Below are positions 33,701-35,024 of a stretch of DNA of 35,024 bases, piece by piece; position 1 is the first letter of the stretch; the number at the start of each line of letters is the position of its first letter. The translations under genes were made by a program, and so were the position numbers. The notes under the pieces are model-generated. The model made no database searches. It saw only the letters and a list, made by a program, of their open reading frames with translations, and had not been told where the DNA came from. The stretch is from an uncultured Nitrospina sp. (GTDB taxonomy: Bacteria > Nitrospinota > Nitrospinia > Nitrospinales > VA-1). The stretch spans positions 1 through 35,024 of the forward strand of contig CAZEBI010000004.1 in assembly GCA_964510355.1 (NCBI GenBank), written 5' to 3'.

Positions 33701-35024
33701 TTACTCGTCAGGCCACTCGTAGGTCGAAAAGGTGCTATATGCGCTTTTCTTTAAAAACTCCTTTTCTGTACGCAGGACATAAACGCCGGCTCCATTTTTA
33801 TGGGGAACCACCCGGTAGCTACCCAAAAACCCCTTTTGCGGGCTGGACTCAAAACCCTTCTCAAAGCCTTCTCCTGTGAGCTTGAGCACAGCCAGACCCG
33901 AGTTTTCCACGATGATCAGCCTGTTCAGGAAACCATCGCCAGCGGTGTGGTTCCGGGGCAGGAACAAAAAGCGATCCCCACCCTTTTTGACGAACTCCAG
34001 CCGCCCTTTAAAGCGTACCGGAGTGCCCATGGTTGGGATAACGTCCGCACCGTACTCCACCCCGACATCCATCAGGCGCGGATCATGACCATAGTAATCC
34101 CCTGATTTTACTACCAGTTGACCGTTGGGGGAATATACTCTTAAATGGTAATTATTGTCAAGCACTACGGTTTCCGGGGCCCCGTTGCCGTTGAGATCCT
34201 GTTGGGTCAGCCCATACAGGATGAAGTGGGTGCCATATATATCCGGGGTGTTCAGTTTGGGGCCTTGCCGGTATTTTCCGTTCTTGAAATGCACGCTTTT
34301 TATCGGCCCCTGAAACGGATTTTGAAATCCCGGGCTTTGGGACATCAAAACGGGTCGTTTCCCAATAGGCCGGATAACGCGGAAATAAAGGTTGGCCTCT
34401 TTCCACACATAGTGAAACCCCTTTTGTTTCGGCTTGGTTTCCAGCGCGAAGGATTGCAGTGAGTCGCCCACCTGGTTGGTGACAAAAATTTCATCCCGGC
34501 CATTGCCATTGATGTCCGCCACATCCACGCCGAGAAAATGATTGGAAATTTTGTTGGTCTTGACCTGGGCGATTTTTCTCAGATGGCCTTTTTTGTTTTC
34601 AAAGACCATTACCCGGTAGCGGTCGATGAGCACGAACTCGTTTTTACCATCGCCGTTCAAATCACCGACATCAAAGTCGACAATCTCATAAGGAAAATTC
34701 TCTTTGCCGACAAACGTGAATACGTCATTTTTCTGCTTGAAGCTGGTTTGTGTTCCGCGCTCTCGCTCTCTGGGGGCATCCGGGGCCGGTAGATTATCGG
34801 ACATGATATCGGCCTGTTTTTTCAGGGAACCGTCCAGGGCCGATACCAGCTTGTAGTTCAGCACCATTTTGCCCTTCACCGTGCGGACGCTGGGAACCAG
34901 AATGAAGTCGGCCTGGACCTTGCGGAGCAGCCTCTTCAGGTTCTTCGACTGCAAGGCAGATTTGATGTTGAGTTTTTCATCGATCATCCACAGCCCCAGG
35001 TCGAACGCCGGGACTTCAAATCGC
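33701..35024 (-). CDS. FG-GAP/VCBS-like repeat protein, 5' end outside the window
   Basis: The frame remains open upstream of the listed Met, all the way to the window edge. Repeated Ca-binding-like loops: DVGDLNGDGKNEFVLID, DVADINGNGRDEIFVTN, QQDLNGNGAPETVVLDN. Confidence 0.55.
   Translation of the reverse strand, partial: RFEVPAFDLGLWMIDEKLNIKSALQSKNLKRLLRKVQADFILVPSVRTVKGKMVLNYKLVSALDGSLKKQADIMSDNLPAPDAPRERERGTQTSFKQKNDVFTFVGKENFPYEIVDFDVGDLNGDGKNEFVLIDRYRVMVFENKKGHLRKIAQVKTNKISNHFLGVDVADINGNGRDEIFVTNQVGDSLQSFALETKPKQKGFHYVWKEANLYFRVIRPIGKRPVLMSQSPGFQNPFQGPIKSVHFKNGKYRQGPKLNTPDIYGTHFILYGLTQQDLNGNGAPETVVLDNNYHLRVYSPNGQLVVKSGDYYGHDPRLMDVGVEYGADVIPTMGTPVRFKGRLEFVKKGGDRFLFLPRNHTAGDGFLNRLIIVENSGLAVLKLTGEGFEKGFESSPQKGFLGSYRVVPHKNGAGVYVLRTEKEFLKKSAYSTFSTYEWPDE

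Overview
Dense chromosomal segment of about 30 genes from a diderm bacterium, judged from the outer-membrane beta-barrel and the SurA/PrsA-like PPIase. I saw no rRNA, tRNA, CRISPR array, transposase or integrase.

Gene order, left to right:
- The 5' part of ATP-type PEP carboxykinase on the minus strand. It runs off the left edge and is missing from the ORF track.
- A spermidine-synthase-like methyltransferase-fold protein.
- A roughly 1150-aa protein without an obvious signal peptide that carries NHL propellers at both ends.
- Two convergent 486-aa radical-SAM/SPASM-like + TPR paralogues. One sits 12 nt downstream of a 1125-aa polytopic-membrane + TPR + GT2 fusion.
- prfB with a textbook +1 programmed frameshift site, translationally coupled to an MBL-fold hydrolase.
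- A glycosylation-rich stretch: two more GT-C-like membrane proteins, a GtrB/ArnC-like GT2, a SAM methyltransferase, a UPF0104 flippase-like protein, two further GT2s, an SDR epimerase, a DUF2304-like protein, and a GT4 gene broken by a frameshift in a T9 tract.
- Four tandem stand-alone cyclic-nucleotide-binding (CNB) domain genes, downstream of and co-directional with a LOG-family gene.
- Two tandem 65-aa membrane proteins.
- An HpnA-like epimerase plus a DUF422-like membrane protein.
- A parvulin PPIase, a porin-like beta-barrel with a clean intrinsic terminator, and a partial FG-GAP-like protein.

Two families of intergenic repeats occur twice each, in opposite orientations, and share sub-modules.

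The most unusual items are the output-less CNB array with its LOG neighbour, and the radical-SAM-TPR pair linked to the membrane-TPR-GT2 fusion. All functional readings are motif-level calls made by eye, with no database search.
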